DNA of 64,000 nucleotides, from assembly GCA_002269645.1 (NCBI GenBank), contig NIVC01001020.1, positions 124,001-188,000 on the forward strand, in the 5' to 3' direction. The position numbers and the translations under genes are program-made. Positions within the stretch are counted from its first letter, which is position 1. Each line of letters begins with the position of its first letter. The notes under the pieces were generated by a model that saw nothing but the letters and a program-made list of their open reading frames with translations, made no database searches and was not told the DNA's origin. The stretch comes from Macrostomum lignano. Lineage: Eukaryota. Positions 62,057-64,000 of the stretch are shown piece after piece.

Positions 62057-63537
62057 ATGGATCATCCCTATATTTGTGAGTATGCCAAGAGCAATCGGTC
62101 TAGCTGCAAAGGCTGCAAGATGTCTATCTCAAAAGATTCGCTACGATTGGCTGTTATGGTCCAGGTAAGGCAATGGATTGTTTCAGCTGCTTATCCTAGT
62201 TGGCCAAAAAAACCATAGTTGCTGATATCTAGGTATTTAAGTCAAAGTTAGTCTTGCAATAACAAGTATCATTTTAAGGCATTCTTACTCTTGCCTTATG
62301 TGCTGTGCTAGGTTTTGTAGTGTCATTTAGCATTTTATATATATTTGTTTTTGTCCTTTTTTTGCCCTTGAATTTATAGTGCATAGTTAATTGGTTTGGA
62401 GACATATTTGCCTTTTCCACCCTGTTACCTAGGGCCTGTGCTATAAATTTAAGAAGGGGAACTAGGAGTCAGGAGTGCTCCTAGCAACGGGTGAATTGAT
62501 TTTGTCTGCTATAGAGTTCAAGAATCAGGAGTTAGAGCTAGGAGTTGTTCCAATGAGTGCAGCATAAAAGTGAGGAGGAGTTCTAAGGTAATTGGCTAAG
62601 GAGTCTACCAATCTGTGTGCTACGATATTAAACTCCTAAATGTGTGCATCTTACAAAGTAGTTCTACGAGTATTACTATGAAAAGCGGATGTTATTAGCA
62701 AAAGCAATAAAACATTTTAGGCTACCAGGTTGGGAATTTAATTAGGAGCAAAAGGGAGTGCATTTAATTAGTTGATAGACTAGACAATAAATAGGAGTTG
62801 GTTCAACTGCTATTAAAATAAATTTCTCTCATTTGATAAACAACTAACACTCAAATAAGAAATATCACACAAGGAGGGTCATTTAGAATTATGAATATAA
62901 TTTTTGATGGTTTAAGATGCAACATGTTTGTTGGAACTAGTGTACAAAATGTAGAAGTGCATTGAGAGGGAGAACAAACAAGGGGATAATTAGGGACTCG
63001 GCTCTTTGAGCTTAAGGTAACAGGCACTTTAGCTTATTCTATAGGACAGGAACTAAAATATACTCTTATACATGTACAGCAACTCCTAGCTCCTACTCCC
63101 TACTTATTCTGTAGCACGGGCCCCTCCCTGGTCGTTGGGTGTTGAGCGCATGTGTGGTCTAAATTCATAATGCCAAATAAACAAACCAGGACGTTGGCTA
63201 CCAAAACTAATTTGCATGGCCAGTGCAATTTCAATGTTGTGCACGTATGATAAGTCAATGACACACTAGGCGCACAAAAACAAGCTGACTGAAGTTCTAG
63301 GTTGTCCACACTTGCTGCTCTCAGGATGAGCATTCGTGGCCACACTGCAGGACCTAAGAATGGTTTCCACATCCATCATTTCTCCATTGTTCTAGTCACC
63401 GCATTTCGATGGCAAAGTGCCCAACTGGTTTCACTTTGCCTGCTTCTTCAAACGGCAACGACCAAAGAGTGTGGCGGACATTGGCCACTTCGACTCGCTT
63501 CGCTGGGGCGATCAAGGAAAAATTAGGGAGAAAATCG
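62057..63537 (+). CDS. PARP1: Poly(ADP-ribose) polymerase 1, exons 1-2 (62057-62164, 63396-63537), zinc finger 1; gene continues beyond the window
   Basis: [36 protein letters not shown]|[18 protein letters not shown]...[17 protein letters not shown] matches PARP1 Zn1 (CxxC...H..C). Canonical CAG|GTAAG and TCTAG| splice sites, with the intron after MVQ as in vertebrate PARP1. Confidence 0.93.
62432..63123. mobile_element. Old PIF/Harbinger-like MITE in PARP1 intron 1
   Basis: Imperfect TIRs GGGCCTGTGCTATAAAT...CTAGGAGT and ACTCCTAGC...TTCTGTAGCACGGGCCC, with internal CTAGGAG/CTCCTAG motifs. The TSD is not clean. Confidence 0.4.
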
Positions 63538-63556
63538 GTGAGCATGTTTCTGCGAA

Positions 63557-64000
63557 TCTCAGTTGCTGGGCCAGCCTCCCAGATCCCCAGTTGCTGGGCC
63601 AGCCTCCCAGATCCCCAGTTGCTGGGCCAGCCTCCCAGATCCTCAGTTGCCGGGCCAACCTCCCAGATCCCCAGTTGCTGGGCCAGCCTCCCAGATCCTC
63701 AGTTGCCGGGCCAACCTCCCAGATCCCCAGTTGCTGGGCCAGCCTCCCAGATCCTCAGTTGCCGGGCCAACCTCCCAGATCCCCAGTTGCTGGGCCAGCC
63801 TCCCAGATCCTCAGTTGCCGGGCCAACCTCCCAGATCCTCAGTTGCTGGGCCAGCCTCCCAGATCCTCAGTTGCCGGGCCAGCCTCCCAGATCCTCAGGT
63901 GCTGGGCCACCAGCCTCCCAGATCCTCAGTTGCTGGGCCACCAGCCTCCCAGATCCTCAGTTGCCGGGCCAGCCTTCCAGATCCCCAGTTGCTGGGCCAG
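63557..64000. repeat. 28-bp minisatellite (same family as 35717-36268) in PARP1 intron 2; runs off the window
   Basis: Unit CAGTTGCTGGGCCAGCCTCCCAGATCC[T/C]. Confidence 0.95.

Overview
This is eukaryotic (metazoan) genomic DNA with spliceosomal GT-AG introns. It is extremely rich in tandem repeats, and its gene content and style suggest a flatworm such as Macrostomum (inference). Host genes I could model by hand: an intronless 1014-aa Swt1-type HEPN-like/TPR/SEL1/zf-MYND protein; a 2-exon secreted WSC+PAN/Apple protein; two paralogous Mab-21/cGAS-like (cGLR-type) nucleotidyltransferases with intact GS..EG/SDxD motifs, each with an ankyrin array directly upstream and each interrupted by exactly one lesion (a 1-nt frameshift in one, an in-frame TAG in the other); a complete 13-exon SLC24/NCKX exchanger; and the first two exons of PARP1. 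Mobile DNA: the ORF1 of a LINE, a 664-bp foldback MITE with an 8-bp TSD, and a Penelope-like fragment with a minimal hammerhead ribozyme and a nested RTE fragment. Also present are a full-length Ty3/Gypsy element with identical LTRs and a candidate -1 frameshift site, a tRNA-derived SINE, a hAT-type element swollen to 8.7 kb by an internal satellite, and an LTR-like AP-1/CRE enhancer cassette upstream of PARP1. The best candidate for an undescribed system is the ankyrin-sensor/cGLR pair, possibly with the HEPN-like protein. No database searches were run; family assignments come from motif recognition.
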